Shown here: positions 11,588 through 22,870 of the stretch, one piece after another | Numbering within the stretch: position 1 is the stretch's first letter | Layout of the letters: each line of letters opens with the position of its first letter | From: Elsinoe ampelina | Taxonomy: Eukaryota | Length of the DNA stretch: 64,000 nt | Direction of reading: 5' to 3' | Assembly: GCA_010093995.1 (NCBI GenBank) | Contig: ML992510.1 | Span: 509,504 to 573,503, forward strand | The notes under the pieces: generated by a model | What the model was told of the DNA's origin: nothing | Seen by the model: the letters and a program-made list of their open reading frames with translations, nothing else | The model's database searches: none | Translations under genes and position numbers: made by a program

Positions 11588-12730
11588 ATGGTTATCAATG
11601 GAAATCAGCCTCCGCAGGCCAACGAGGAGACGAAGGAGCAGTCTCAGGGGTATGCAGTGACGCCCAATACGACCTGTACTGGGGAGACCACAAAACTACC
11701 GCGAACGAAACATAGGCATGTTTGGTACGTCACGGGACCAGCAGGATGCGGAAAGACGACAGTGGCGAGTTACATGGCTGGGCGATTTAGCATGCCATAT
11801 CTGGAGGGTGATACAGTAAGTGTCTCCTACTCTTCCAGTCCAAAGTCCCAGTCGGACCGAATCAAAGGTATCGAGTTATCGACGGTCCGACTGTTGCAGG
11901 GGCTGGAGAGCGGCCTGACAGCTCACCCAACTTTCTTGATCCAGAACGCCTACACCCATCCCTCGGGCCAACACCTGTTCGTCCGCCCGGGACCTCACCC
12001 GAATCCCACAGCCCCTGCACACTCCTCCAAACCACGACTCATACCCAGTTCCACCACCATGACTCTCTCCCTTCCCCCAACCCAATCCTATCCCAAANNN
12101 NNNNNNNNNNNNNNNNNNNNNNNNNNNGACCCCCGAGCTCACACAACACAGTTCCACCCACCAGCCAACATCTCCAAAATGGCCGCCGGCTACCCCCTAA
12201 CAGACAGCGACAGATGGGACTGGCTCGCCCGCGTGCGCGACGCCGCAGTCTCAACCCTCTCTTCGTCCAGCCCCAGAGAGACGACCTCACAACCATCGTC
12301 CAACGGGCACGCTCCCCCCTCCACCAACGCCGTAGACCCACATACCTCCTCCACCTCATCCTCCACCACCACTTCCCTCCCCCCATGCGCCCCCTCCCCT
12401 ATCTCGTCCCCTGCGTCGCAACACGTAGTAGTCACCTGCTCCGCCCTGAAACACTCCTACAGAGACATGCTGCGCTCCGTCCCGGCCTCGTCCGGGATAA
12501 AAGTCCACTTCGTCTACCTCGCGTTATCCGAAGAGGTCTTGTTCCGCCGCGTCCGGGAGAGGGTGGGGCATTACATGAAGGAGAGCATGGTGAGGAGCCA
12601 GATCGAGGTGCTCGAGGAGCCGGGGGAAGGGGAGGGGGATGTGTTGAGGGTGGATGCGGGGAGGGAGAAGGGGGAGGTGCAGAGGGAGGTGGGGGAGGGG
12701 GTGGAGGGGAGGGTGAGGGGGGATGCGTGA
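11588..12730 (+). CDS. Gluconokinase (GntK/IdnK family); 2 exons
   Basis: P-loop VTGPAGCGKTT, LEGDT|FHPPANISKM..PLTDSDRWDWL, VVTCSALKHSYRD, HYMKESMVRSQ. Intron 11816-12151 (gtaagt..gctcac..cag). Confidence 0.9.
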   Translation: MVINGNQPPQANEETKEQSQGYAVTPNTTCTGETTKLPRTKHRHVWYVTGPAGCGKTTVASYMAGRFSMPYLEGDTVSVSYSSSPKSQSDRIKGIELSTVRLLQGLESGLTAHPTFLIQNAYTHPSGQHLFVRPGPHPNPTAPAHSSKPRLIPSSTTMTLSLPPTQSYPKXXXXXXXXXXDPRAHTTQFHPPANISKMAAGYPLTDSDRWDWLARVRDAAVSTLSSSSPRETTSQPSSNGHAPPSTNAVDPHTSSTSSSTTTSLPPCAPSPISSPASQHVVVTCSALKHSYRDMLRSVPASSGIKVHFVYLALSEEVLFRRVRERVGHYMKESMVRSQIEVLEEPGEGEGDVLRVDAGREKGEVQREVGEGVEGRVRGDA

Positions 12731-12800
12731 TGGGTGTCTGGACGGTTGGAGAGTGGGGGGAGGGGAGAGGAGGGTTGGGATGGGGAGAGGGACTTGATGG
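11950..12800. other. C-rich to G-rich skew switch A (midpoint ~12540), gluconokinase/PEX16 convergent junction
   Basis: cctccacc/ctcccc tracts on the left, ggggaggg tracts on the right. Boundaries by eye. Confidence 0.85.
12098..12127. other. Assembly gap (30 N) inside the gluconokinase intron
   Basis: Run of N; the true intron length is therefore unknown. Confidence 1.
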
Positions 12801-13561
12801 GGAGTCTGGACAGTCGACCAGGTACAATTTAGAGTTGTCTGTATAGCCAGCCTCCTTACTGGGCGTTCAGATTGAAGAGATTATGTATGAATAAGGAATG
12901 TTATACGTATGAGACAAATTTCGCTACAAAGTGAGGTACACTGAAGTCTGATAGGCTTTCGAGGTGCATATATCTGAACTCAACGCACATGGGTGCCACG
13001 TGGTGGAGCAAGAGAAGGTTTGATTTTCATCTCCATCTTTTGCTTCACTCATCTGAAGTGAGGCCCAATTACGGCCGCATCCCTGATGTTCCCTTTCGTA
13101 ATGTAAACATAACAAATATCGTCATTCCCTCCATGCTTATCATACATGGCGACCCCGACCCTTTCCCCATACAACCCGCTCATGTCCCGTGTCATGTCAT
13201 CATGTTGCTATAATGACACACCACACTAGCAAGACTTCATCCTTGCCTTTGCCCCTGCATCGTCCGTGTCGATCTTGTACTATTCCTGCACGGCTCATCT
13301 CCCGCGGACGTCCGAGAGATCCCTGCATGTGATAGCGGTGCTGAGACCGACACCGAGCCGCAAGTACCCTATCCCGGACGGGGTGGGGAGAGCGGCAGGG
13401 AGACAGGGAACATGTGATGTTGAGGATCCGTGGTAGTTCACATGGCCAGATACCATGTTCCGTCTCCTTGCTTGTGCATTAGTCTGCATCAGCGTCAGAG
13501 GACAACACATGTAAGAGGCTGTCGTAGGTATTGCCGCACCATCTACTACATGGTGCGCAGA

Positions 13562-14760
13562 CTAGAGAGTGGCCGTTGGAAAATAGTACTGGTCCCATAG
13601 AAACTCGTAGTCCTCGATAATGCCACCGACCATGCCGAGAATTGGCTTATCCTTGAGCTTTGAAGAAACGCCGTGGATCCAGGTCCTGGTGAATTGCTCG
13701 TAGAACGGACCTCGCATGGCCCACCAGCCGAGACCCCATCCTCGCTTCTTGAGCTCGTCCTTCTCCAGTGCGGTCAAACCTCTGAGTCCGCCCGCACGTC
13801 TGTCTTGAAGGTCCTTCTTCGCCATTTGCCTTGCGCCGTATTCGATTGCGATACCCAGTAACCATGGTTGCCACGATTTCTTGTTCTTGTTCGCGTAGTA
13901 CTGCATGGCGAAAGCGTAGATGACTGGTCGGAGAATGTACATGATCTCTGATATCTCGCCCATGCCGCTCACCCGATGGAGGAGAGCTTTTGGAGGCTTA
14001 ACATCGTCTGCGGTCAACACTTTGGAAAGTAGGTAGCTGGAGATGTCGCCAGATGACGGCAGGGTCGGCAAAGATAGTCCAGTGCGTGGCATGGTCCAGT
14101 TCTGAATCTCCTCTGATCCCTCCGACGGTGGACTCTCCATCTCGTTGTGGTTCTCCTTCTCTTCCAAGGTGCTCGGATCCACTTCGCGCTCGGGTAGCGG
14201 AGGACTCAGAAGTGGTCGCGAATTTGTAAGTCGTAGTAGTAGTAATCGACAGATGGCCTTGAAGAGCTCCAGTAGTGTTACGACCCTCCATCGCGCCTTC
14301 TCGCTCCTGCGCTTCGCTGCCATTTCGCAAAGAAGTTCTGTATATTGAATGACCTGCAGGGTCGTCGCTAATCGTCGGTATGCCGCAGAGTGATTCGACC
14401 AGTATCGTGTGTATCGACCGTGAGGCGAAGGATGCGGTTGCTGGGCTTTTGGGAGTCGCGCGACAGCTCGCGCAAGAAGGGTGTCATGGTAGAGGGAGAG
14501 TAGCTGAACGCCAGAGTGTACTGCATGGATTAGCAAGTGGCGGAGGGTACTCTTCGCCAGCATATCATACACGACTCCGAAGCTATCTCTGCATCGCGAA
14601 AGCGTCCAGGAATGATGTAGGTCAATGACCGCAGCGCACTCTCGATCTGGCCGATAGACGAGGCATTCGATACGATAAACTCTTCATAGAGCTTGCCGTA
14701 CTTTGTCGGTAACGCGAGGAGATCTCCAGCTGCCTGGGTGGACTTGCGATAGGCCTGCAT
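13562..14760 (-). CDS. PEX16: Peroxisomal membrane protein Pex16; 2 exons
   Basis: YEEFIVSNASSIGQIESALRSLTYIIPGRFRDAEIASES|LHSGVQLLSLYHD, IQYTELLCEMAAKR, WWAMRGPFYE. Intron 14521-14570. Confidence 0.92.
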
Positions 14761-15029
14761 CTTGCCTTGTCGATCTGATAGCTACAGCTTCACATCGAGG
14801 GCAGAGGCTGGACATGAACGAGAAGCGCAATGATGAACAATCATGTGGAGGTAGCCGAGGTCGGTATCCAGCCAATCATATGCTGTGGCTGGAAAAAGAC
14901 GGGCGGGACCCTGGAACGGAAATCGCGTGCCATTCTCGGCCTTGGCCCGGTCGCGATCGTTCCAAAGACTTCGAGTGCTGTGCATCTCACATTCATGACC
15001 CGCTTCTCATCACCCGACACGATGCGAAA

Positions 15030-16934
15030 ATGAATAATCAGTACCACCAGTCACCTTACCAGCAGCCCCCATACTATCCTTACGGTGCAGCTGGTTACGT
15101 TGGTGTCTGGCAACCTCAACAACCGGGTCAGTACATTGCACAGGCCCCACCGACACCGCAGGCGGGACAACAGCCTCAACAGACCCAACCTGCAGGGTAT
15201 GTACGCCTTGCTTTATGATCGGAAATGATTCTTACATGAACAGACAACCGCCTGTCACACCCCAGAATGCTGGATCTGTCGGAGAAGGGCCATCACAATT
15301 GTCGGCGGCAGGCAGCGCCACTGAAACGCCGGTAGATCTGGATGACGATGACGATGACCGAGATGGAAATCCTTTCAACGATGTTCTTTGGGATAGAGCT
15401 CAGAGGTAGTCCTGTCAAAACCAGATCATCCCAGGGACCGTTCTAATCAAATTACAGATACACCGACGAGGGTGTGGCACAGCTGAGAGCCAAGTGGCAG
15501 ACAGAATTCGCAAACAAACCCATGCCACCGCCGCCACCAGAAGTCTTTGAGACAAAAGAACAGGCCATCGACTCGTGCAAACGCTTTGCTCGCGAAAATG
15601 GCTACAAACTGACAATAGCACATTCGAACCGCGACAAATCAGGCACGATAAATCGAATCTTGATGAATTGCCAATACGGCGGCAAGTATCGCAACATACA
15701 TCACCTCAACCCGGAAGCCAGGATACGCAATCGGACTAGCCGTAAGACTGGTTGTCCCATGAAGATCCGAATTCAAAAGCGCCGCTTCTCGAGCGAATGG
15801 GTTCTTTGCATATCAAATGCCCAGCACAATCACGCCTCTGATAAGGTACATACTGTCGTAGGCCCGGCAGAATATCCGGATCTTGAAGCTTCTCTACATG
15901 AGTGGCATCTGTCTGAGCTGGCAAAGGGGGAGGTCGTTCATGGAAACACTCTCAAATCCAGAGCCTTGGCGCTTTTTGCCGAGATGCCCCAGTATCACGG
16001 AAAGGAGCCTCCGAACCTAGATCGGAAATGGCTCGATCAGTATCGCGTTAGGTATAATCTGCCGGGTCGACCTATCCGACCGCCCGGGCCGCCCGATCTG
16101 GTAGATTGGAATGACGCCGATGCTGTCGCCGCTGCTACAAATGTGCCAATGGCCAAGCGGACCCGGGAGAACATGGCTTTTGCCGGATTGGAAAGCGCAT
16201 TCGAGGAACCAGCCCTCTTGCGCGCTGTCCAAGGGACTGTCAAGGAGTACATGTCTCGGTATGATGGATCACACGATTGGGATCATATCTTGCGTGTGCT
16301 GTCGATCTGCAAGAAAATCGTCCGGAAAGAGAATGCACCATTTGGCAACATGGCCTACGACCCGAAGCTAGTCTTCTTAGCAGCGTTCGTTGCATGCCTT
16401 CTGACCATATCATTCTTCCACTGACCGACTGTAGCATGTGTCACGACCTCGGCGATCACAAGTACGCAAAGCCTGGAGAAAACCTCGACAACCAAATAGC
16501 TGAATTGCTACTGGAGAATGGCGCCAACCCGGAACTGGCCCTCAAGGTGCAACTGGTTGCCCGCAACGTGTCTTTCTCGAATGAAGTCAAGAATCCTAGA
16601 ATGATGAAAGCGGTGTTGGACCAACATCCTGAACTCGGCGTAGTACAGGATGCAGATCGCCTAGATGCTATCGGAGCGATCGGCATAGGCAGGACCTTCA
16701 CATTCACCGGCGCCTCGAAACCAGAGGGATCAATGCTGGAGACGATTGATCATTTCAAGGAGAAGCTGGAGAGATTGGAGAGCATGATGAAGGTAGGGAC
16801 TACTGAGACACTCTCACTACGTATATACTAACAATCACCAGACAGAGACAGGCAGGCAACTGGCTCGAGAGAGGACGGAGCGATTACAAATGTTCCGCCA
16901 ATGGTGGGATGAGGAATATGAGATCGCCGAATGA
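15030..16934 (+). CDS. Chimeric protein: Q/P-rich N-terminus + FAR1/MULE-type Zn DNA-binding domain + CENP-B/Tc5 HTH + HD-domain phosphohydrolase (YedJ-like); 5 exons
   Basis: Introns 15197-15243, 15406-15457, 16385-16434 and 16793-16841 all preserve frame. FAR1-like: FETKEQAIDSCKRFARENGY..C..GG..R.RTSRKTGCPM..W..HNH. CENP-B-like: YPDLEASLHEW..VHGNTLKSRA..WLDQYRVRYNL. HD: DGSHDWDHILRV, LAAMCHDLGDHKY, VQDADRLDAIGAIGIGRTF, HFKEKL. Confidence 0.85.
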
Positions 16935-17286
16935 TGTTGTTTAGAACCCTCAAAGCATGGCGCCGGTGATAGTTTCGGGACCCTTCTATACCCACACAGT
17001 CATGCCCCCAACCCTGTAGAATAGCTAATGTTAGATTCAACACGCGTGATCATAGTATAGCGTTCGATGTCGTTGGATAGAACATGTGAAACTGTCAAGG
17101 TGTGGCTAGTGACGAAGCTCGTGTGGCGTTTCACGACTCAGCGAACCTTCTCGGACGTCAAGCTTGTTCGGCGCAACTGACAGCTTCCAAAGCTGCGCAT
17201 CCAAAAGTCCGTCCATCTCATTTATCGCCTCACCAACTCATCTCATACCGCGATCGTCATCTGAAACTCATCGAATACCTTCCGAA

Positions 17287-18473
17287 ATGCCGGCAACAAC
17301 GGCGGAGACGCTGTCACTCGTCAATCGAACAGTCTCTGTAGCACCTCTCGTCCTCCTCTCCGCGACAGATCACTTTTCGAGATCGGCAAAAGGCACAAAG
17401 AAGCGCGTGTTGGGAGTGTTATTAGGTCAGAACGATGGCAAGAGTGTGCGCGTGTCAAACAGCTTTGCAGGTAAATACAAGGTCTTCAGCGAGTGATGGG
17501 TCAAGAGACAGTCTGACACCTCCTAGTACCCTTCGAAGAAGACGACAAAGATCCCACAGTATGGTTCATAGACCACAACTACATCGAGTCTATGAACGAC
17601 ATGTTCAAGAAGGTCAACGCGCGGGAGAAGCTCATCGGATGGTATCATTCAGGACCAAAGTTGAGGGCGTCGGATTTGGAGATCAACGAGCTGTTCAAGA
17701 GATATACCCCGAACCCGTTGCTCGTCATCATCGATGTACAGCCAAAAGATGTGGGAGTGCCTACGGACGCATATTTTGCGGTGGAGGAAATCAAAGATGT
17801 GAGACAGCGCTCAAACATGAATGAGGCTAGGAGACACTGATAATCCCAGGACGGTACAACCACAGCGAAGACCTTTGTCCACACCCCATCCACCATCGAA
17901 GCCGAAGAAGCCGAGGAGATTGGTGTCGAGCACCTTCTACGAGATATCCGCGACGTCGCCGTCGGCACACTCTCAACCCGCATCACATCACAACTTCAGT
18001 CACTCCAAGGCCTTCATCTCCGCCTCCAGGACATCGGCAAGTACCTGCAAAAGGTTCTGGACGGCGATCTTCCCGTGAATCACGCCATTCTCGGCAACCT
18101 TCAAGATGTCTTCAATCTCCTCCCCAATCTCTCCACACCAAAGACGAGTCCCACAGTCAACGGCGTAAACCAAGGCGTACCTTCTGGACCATCAGCGTCG
18201 GAGAACAGCGAGCTGGCCAGAGCGATGAGCATTAAGACAAACGATCAATTGATGAGCATCTACCTTTCAAGTTTGATCCGCGCGATCACGGCATTCCACG
18301 ACCTAATCGAGAACAAGATTCAGAACAAGCAACAGGCGGAGGACCGAGACGCAAAGGCCGAGGAGGACAAGATCAAGAAGGAGGACAAGCTGTTGTTGAA
18401 CGGCGAATCAAAGAAGGCCGAGGGCGAGAAAAGCAAGGACGCCAAAGAAGAGAAGAAGGGAAAGAAGTCATAG
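17287..18473 (+). CDS. RPN8: 26S proteasome lid subunit Rpn8 (MPN domain); 3 exons
   Basis: [71 protein letters not shown]. Introns 17471-17526 and 17799-17849. Confidence 0.97.
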
Positions 18474-18759
18474 TGTGGCTCCAAAAGGCAGAAGAAACGG
18501 AGACGAGAGCCTGGATTTGCCACGGTGTAGACGCATACCGATTGGAGGCCTCGACGAGACATGGCATCGCTTCGGCGTCTATGCGGAGGATACAAGGCAT
18601 CGGAAGCCATGAAGCGAGGCTCCTGGGGCTTCTTGCGACCCGTCTCATGAAGGAAGGGGTACATAGCCCCGCCAGCTCTTCAGCTCAGATGAGTTGTCTG
18701 AATACACCACAACCACGTCTAATGCTCAAGAAACCCCAAACGCCTCGCTAAGTGACATG

Positions 18760-19720
18760 AACCCCCGAATCCCATCCCGACCTCTGTTGTCAAGGTATCA
18801 ATGCCTTCACCCTCCCCAACCAGCCCCCCACCCCACCCACTCCTCCATCCCCACCTCCCTCTCCTTGACGAAGCCCCCAAACAAGGCCCCGCACCTCTCC
18901 ACCAACAAACAAGCAAGCAAATGCTTACACATCGGCACCTCCCCTCCCCTAAGCAATCCACCCGCGTCCCACTCGTCCCCCACTCCCGCCGCGGCCCCTT
19001 CACCACGCCATCGCTCCCCCTCCCCGCCGTCCTCCCTCCCCTCCTTCCCTCCCCCTCCCCTTCCCCTCCCCACGCGAGCCTGCGGAGGACGAGAAGGAAA
19101 CAGCGCGAAAGCGAAAGCAGGACACCCGCACCACCACCCGTCCACTCTCACGTGGTGGAAGCGGGCTGCTTCGTCTAGGCCTGTGTCTGTGGGGTCGTCG
19201 GTGTCCAAGGGGGGGTCGTGGAGGCGGGACGCGATGGAGGAGGGGGTGTAGGTGGGGGATGGTCCATGCGTGGAAACAGGTCCGTGGTGAGATGGGGATG
19301 CTGTTGAAGGAGAAGGGTGGGGGCGGTGGAAGCGGGAGGAGGAGTGAGGACGGGATGAGAGGAGGGTGGAGGAGACGATGTACGTCCTCTTGCCCGGGTT
19401 TTTTTCGGGGATGTGGGGGATCTGGAGGCCAGACTGGGGATGAGTAGAGGGGGGGTGGGTGAGGGTGGATGGGTCGTGGGTGGTGTCTTGGTTGGCTTCT
19501 TGGGCGGGAGTACCGGGGTCGGAGGTGAGGACGAGGCGGTGCACCATGCCCCTGTCTAGCAGGTCGAGGGCGGGGAGGAGTTCCGCGGGGAAGAGGACGT
19601 GGAGGGTGAAGAAGATGTTCTTGATGTCTGGCGAGGTGGCGAAGGATTTCAGGGGGTTGGATGCTGGAGCATCGGGAGTCGGGAGGGCGGAGAGGGCGTT
19701 GATCAGGGAGGTGAGAAGGG
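18760..19720. other. C-rich to G-rich skew switch B (midpoint ~19160), RPN8/SWIM convergent junction
   Basis: Extreme C tracts at 18810-19140 and G tracts at 19200-19720. Confidence 0.85.
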
Positions 19721-19736
19721 AACGTTTCGTGAGCAT
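18807..19736 (-). CDS. SWIM zinc-finger protein, Sws1/ZSWIM7 (Shu complex)-like
   Basis: N-terminal TLHVLFP..LLPALDLLDR and SWIM ligands CGCPAFAFA....MCKHLLA match the ZSWIM7/Sws1 pattern; low-complexity insertions lie between them. Confidence 0.75.
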   Translation of the reverse strand: MLTKRSLLTSLINALSALPTPDAPASNPLKSFATSPDIKNIFFTLHVLFPAELLPALDLLDRGMVHRLVLTSDPGTPAQEANQDTTHDPSTLTHPPSTHPQSGLQIPHIPEKNPGKRTYIVSSTLLSSRPHSSSRFHRPHPSPSTASPSHHGPVSTHGPSPTYTPSSIASRLHDPPLDTDDPTDTGLDEAARFHHVRVDGWWCGCPAFAFALFPSRPPQARVGRGRGGGGKEGREDGGEGERWRGEGAAAGVGDEWDAGGLLRGGEVPMCKHLLACLLVERCGALFGGFVKEREVGMEEWVGWGAGWGG

Positions 19737-20095
19737 GGCGACTTCATCGCTGGATTGATATGTTTATAGAGTCATGAGAATATCTGGATTGGCCACGGGC
19801 GACTACAAGGCAGAGCTTGAATTGTGATGGAGCGGAGAAGTGAAAGTGCCTGTCAAAGTGATGTGAAGCTTTGCCCCACTTGAGTTGAACATGTCACGCG
19901 TTCACTTTTCTTCTCTTGGAAAATGTTACGAACATGTCATTCCTTAGCGTGCTGATCCCAGCACGAGCAGTCTCTGCTTGATATCCTACACAATCGTTTC
20001 CAGCTGCCGCTTCGTTCTTCAGCGATTTCGATCACTCTGCACCAGCAAACGGCCTGGGTATCCAGCTGTGATAGACCACATGTGCTATCCCAACC

Positions 20096-21103
20096 TCACT
20101 TCTTCCAGAACTTTGAGCCGCTGAACAGCCCCTTGCGCTTCTTCCCCTCCTCATCGTCCCACTTGATCTGCTTCTTCTCAAACGGAGACTCCACCGCAGT
20201 GTATCCATCGGACAGACTCCCAATAGGACTATTTAGCGGAGTAGGAGCAGGAGTGTAGATCCCCGCACCAGCACGAACATTGTTCTCCTTCTTGACGTCA
20301 ACGGGAGGCTGATGTCTCGTGGAATGAGAGCGACTCACCTTGGGAAAGCCCATGGCGCTCTGTGGACGAGGCTCGTACAGTGCAGAGATGGGACGACGGG
20401 GTCCACTGTAGTAGGTCCCACTTGGTGCGGAAAGAGAGGCAGAGCTTTGAGTGGCTTTATTGCGGGCCTCGCTCATGGCACTACCAAGGGCGAGGGAGGA
20501 AGCGTTGAGCTCGGCGACGTTCATCTTGTGAAAGATATCGCTGACGGTCTTGACAGGGTGAAAGTCGGCAGAAGGGGTGATGTAGCTATCAAGCTCTCTG
20601 GTCCTTGCTTCCAGGGCACGCTCTGTCTCGTTGAGACGGACAGAGATGCTCTGAAGCTGGTCCTCGAGCTCGTAGATCTGGCGGGTCTTCAGTTCGATGT
20701 CCTTCTCGTATGTCTTGATGCGACCCTGGAGCTTGGTGTTGTCTCCATGGAGCTCGCTGTTCTCCAGAGCGGCGTTGCGTAGCAGGTTGGTGCGAGGGGA
20801 GCCGGCTTCGGTGTCTGCAGCAGGCATGGATTCGGCCAGGCCACGCAGACGACGAATCTCATTGCGGAGCTGCACATTCTCTTCCGCCTGAATGCGATTC
20901 ACGCGGTGTTCGCGCTCGAGGAGGGTGGCGATCTCTTCGGTAGGGTCGGTGCTGTCTTCGCTGTGGGTGACCGTGTGAAAGCTGGAACCTCCATCACTTT
21001 CATGCCCTTCGATGTGATATTCTTGGGCGCGGACGGTCAAGGGTGTGTTCGGATGGCGAAGGCGATGCTCAAGGCTTTCTGTGCGGCGTATATGTGCCGG
21101 CAT
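20096..21103 (-). CDS. Hypothetical coiled-coil protein
   Basis: Long ORF with heptad-like E/L/R-rich segment (LENSELHGDNTKLQGRIKTYEKDIELKTRQIYELEDQL). First ATG 21103; an acceptor-like site near 21135 allows an upstream exon. Confidence 0.65.
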   Translation of the reverse strand: MPAHIRRTESLEHRLRHPNTPLTVRAQEYHIEGHESDGGSSFHTVTHSEDSTDPTEEIATLLEREHRVNRIQAEENVQLRNEIRRLRGLAESMPAADTEAGSPRTNLLRNAALENSELHGDNTKLQGRIKTYEKDIELKTRQIYELEDQLQSISVRLNETERALEARTRELDSYITPSADFHPVKTVSDIFHKMNVAELNASSLALGSAMSEARNKATQSSASLSAPSGTYYSGPRRPISALYEPRPQSAMGFPKVSRSHSTRHQPPVDVKKENNVRAGAGIYTPAPTPLNSPIGSLSDGYTAVESPFEKKQIKWDDEEGKKRKGLFSGSKFWKK

Positions 21104-21768
21104 GATGTAGGATGGAATGTGCTTCTGTCGAGGCTGCAAGTAAGCTAGGACGATGTGACAAGGTGAATTTGGTCAATGTGAGTTCCGATTGATGAGGCGG
21201 CATGTGTCCCGAGGGTGTGGTTCCGTGGTGGGACCATGGAGCTAGTGTACATCTAGGAGGCGGTATGGCATCGTCACATGTCAGGGAAAGGTCGGGCATT
21301 ACCACATCTACACTATGGAGGAGCTCACGATGTGGCAGTATATATACGTGTGCTCAATGCCTAGAGGATGACTGGGGCAAGCAGCAAAGAATGATCAATT
21401 GTGGACAAGTGGAAGAGGAGACTAACTGACCTACCAGAAGACATTACACAACGCGGCACCTGGGCTGGTACGTGCTGTCGTCCTGGTAGTATTGCTGGCT
21501 GAATGCTACCAGGTCGGGACCCTTCGCTGAGCCGTAGCGAAGCATTTGATACTCCATATTTTCAGCATACGGGGATCAAGGACTCGGTGTTTGGCCATAT
21601 ATTCGATAAAGTTATCGTCACAAATCCTATCCAAGGTATAGTACATATCGGTCCAGGCAAGGAGGACTACCAGAGCCAGCTAAAGAAACATCAGGGCCTG
21701 TCCAAGAAGTATCAGATCCACTCCATACCTGTCAGGCCAAGCACAGAGCTCTCCGCCGCAATACCCAC

Positions 21769-22473
21769 TCAAATGCGCCCGTGGTCGGAAGTCGACATGC
21801 GACCTAAGTTATCGATGTAAGCCTTCTCCCCAGCTGGTAGGGTCACAAAGGTATTGGCAGAATCCTTCCTGGGCATGCCATTCGGGTGAGCCTGCTTGAC
21901 CTCAAGTCTTTTCTTCGACTCTGGCTTCCCTTGCTTCAACCTCAACTTCTCGAAAAACACATATCCACCATAGAAGGCGCCGCTCTCAGCACCACCCAGA
22001 GGACCCTTGTTGTCCATGAATCGCTGCAATTGAGAAGCTGTGATCTTCTCGCGGGTGTTGAATTGCGCGGAGATCTGACGGACGAGTTCAGCTTTTGTCG
22101 TGCCTTTGCGGAGCTCGGCATTGATTTTGTTCCTGATGTCCTGGCAGGTGTCGAAGATTGGACAGCTGTCATCGTCCTCGCCATCGAGGTGGATGCCAGA
22201 TACATCGAAGTCGTTCTTCTTCTCGTTCTTCTTACCGCCCTTGGTGGAGGATGTGGTAGTACTTTTCTTCTGCTTGGCAGGTTTGGGGTTGTCGTTGTTC
22301 TCATTGGTAAGATCCACTTGCTCGATGGATCGCTTTTTGGAGCTGTTCGGGCTCTCTACTGCACTGTCTCGACGAGCTGGTGGAATATTGCTATCCCGAG
22401 GTGCAAGTGGAGTAGCAGGCTTATCAGTGGAAGCTTTATATTGGACCTTCTTTCGAAGAATTGCCCGACCCAT
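21769..22473 (-). CDS. Conserved fungal protein of unknown function (probably DUF7726-type), tandem paralog A
   Basis: Basic low-complexity N-terminus, then IHLDGED..PIFDTCQDIRNKINAELRKG..KGPLGGAESGAFYGGYVFFEKLRLKQGKPESKKRLEV, shared with the neighbouring gene. Confidence 0.8.
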   Translation of the reverse strand: MGRAILRKKVQYKASTDKPATPLAPRDSNIPPARRDSAVESPNSSKKRSIEQVDLTNENNDNPKPAKQKKSTTTSSTKGGKKNEKKNDFDVSGIHLDGEDDDSCPIFDTCQDIRNKINAELRKGTTKAELVRQISAQFNTREKITASQLQRFMDNKGPLGGAESGAFYGGYVFFEKLRLKQGKPESKKRLEVKQAHPNGMPRKDSANTFVTLPAGEKAYIDNLGRMSTSDHGRI

Positions 22474-22870
22474 TTTGTAAGGTGAAGAATGAAAGGTACA
22501 ATACTGTGTGGGAAAAAAAGGAGACGGGACTGACCACCATAATCCATGGCGACGCGGGGGGGGGGATCATATCCAATGCCTGCTGCTGCTTCTTGGGCGC
22601 GCGAGATCCTACCAGCATGACGTCAGGGTAGAGCTCCAGAGGGAAAAAGGAACGCGAAGTCACGTGCGGAATCCGGCAATCTAGAATCATTGCCATATGC
22701 CTGGTAGTTCGTGAAAGACACTGGCATTATCAACGGAATGTTATTCAAGATGAACATTGCACTCGCTCTTTCCTTTCAAGACCACTACCAGTTGCCGCCG
22801 GACGCGAAGGGGCTACTTGAGCATATCCTACCAGGGGACATGGCTAAGGGGTATAATAAGAGGACATGAG

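Noticed and set aside
15458..16100. Active MULE or pogo transposon insertion
   Set aside because: Only DNA-binding domains are present; no DDE domain, TIRs or target-site duplication, and the segment is embedded in a spliced host gene.
17095..17135. GTGGC Rpn4/PACE-like sites upstream of RPN8
   Set aside because: Only partial matches to GGTGGCAAA; too weak to call.
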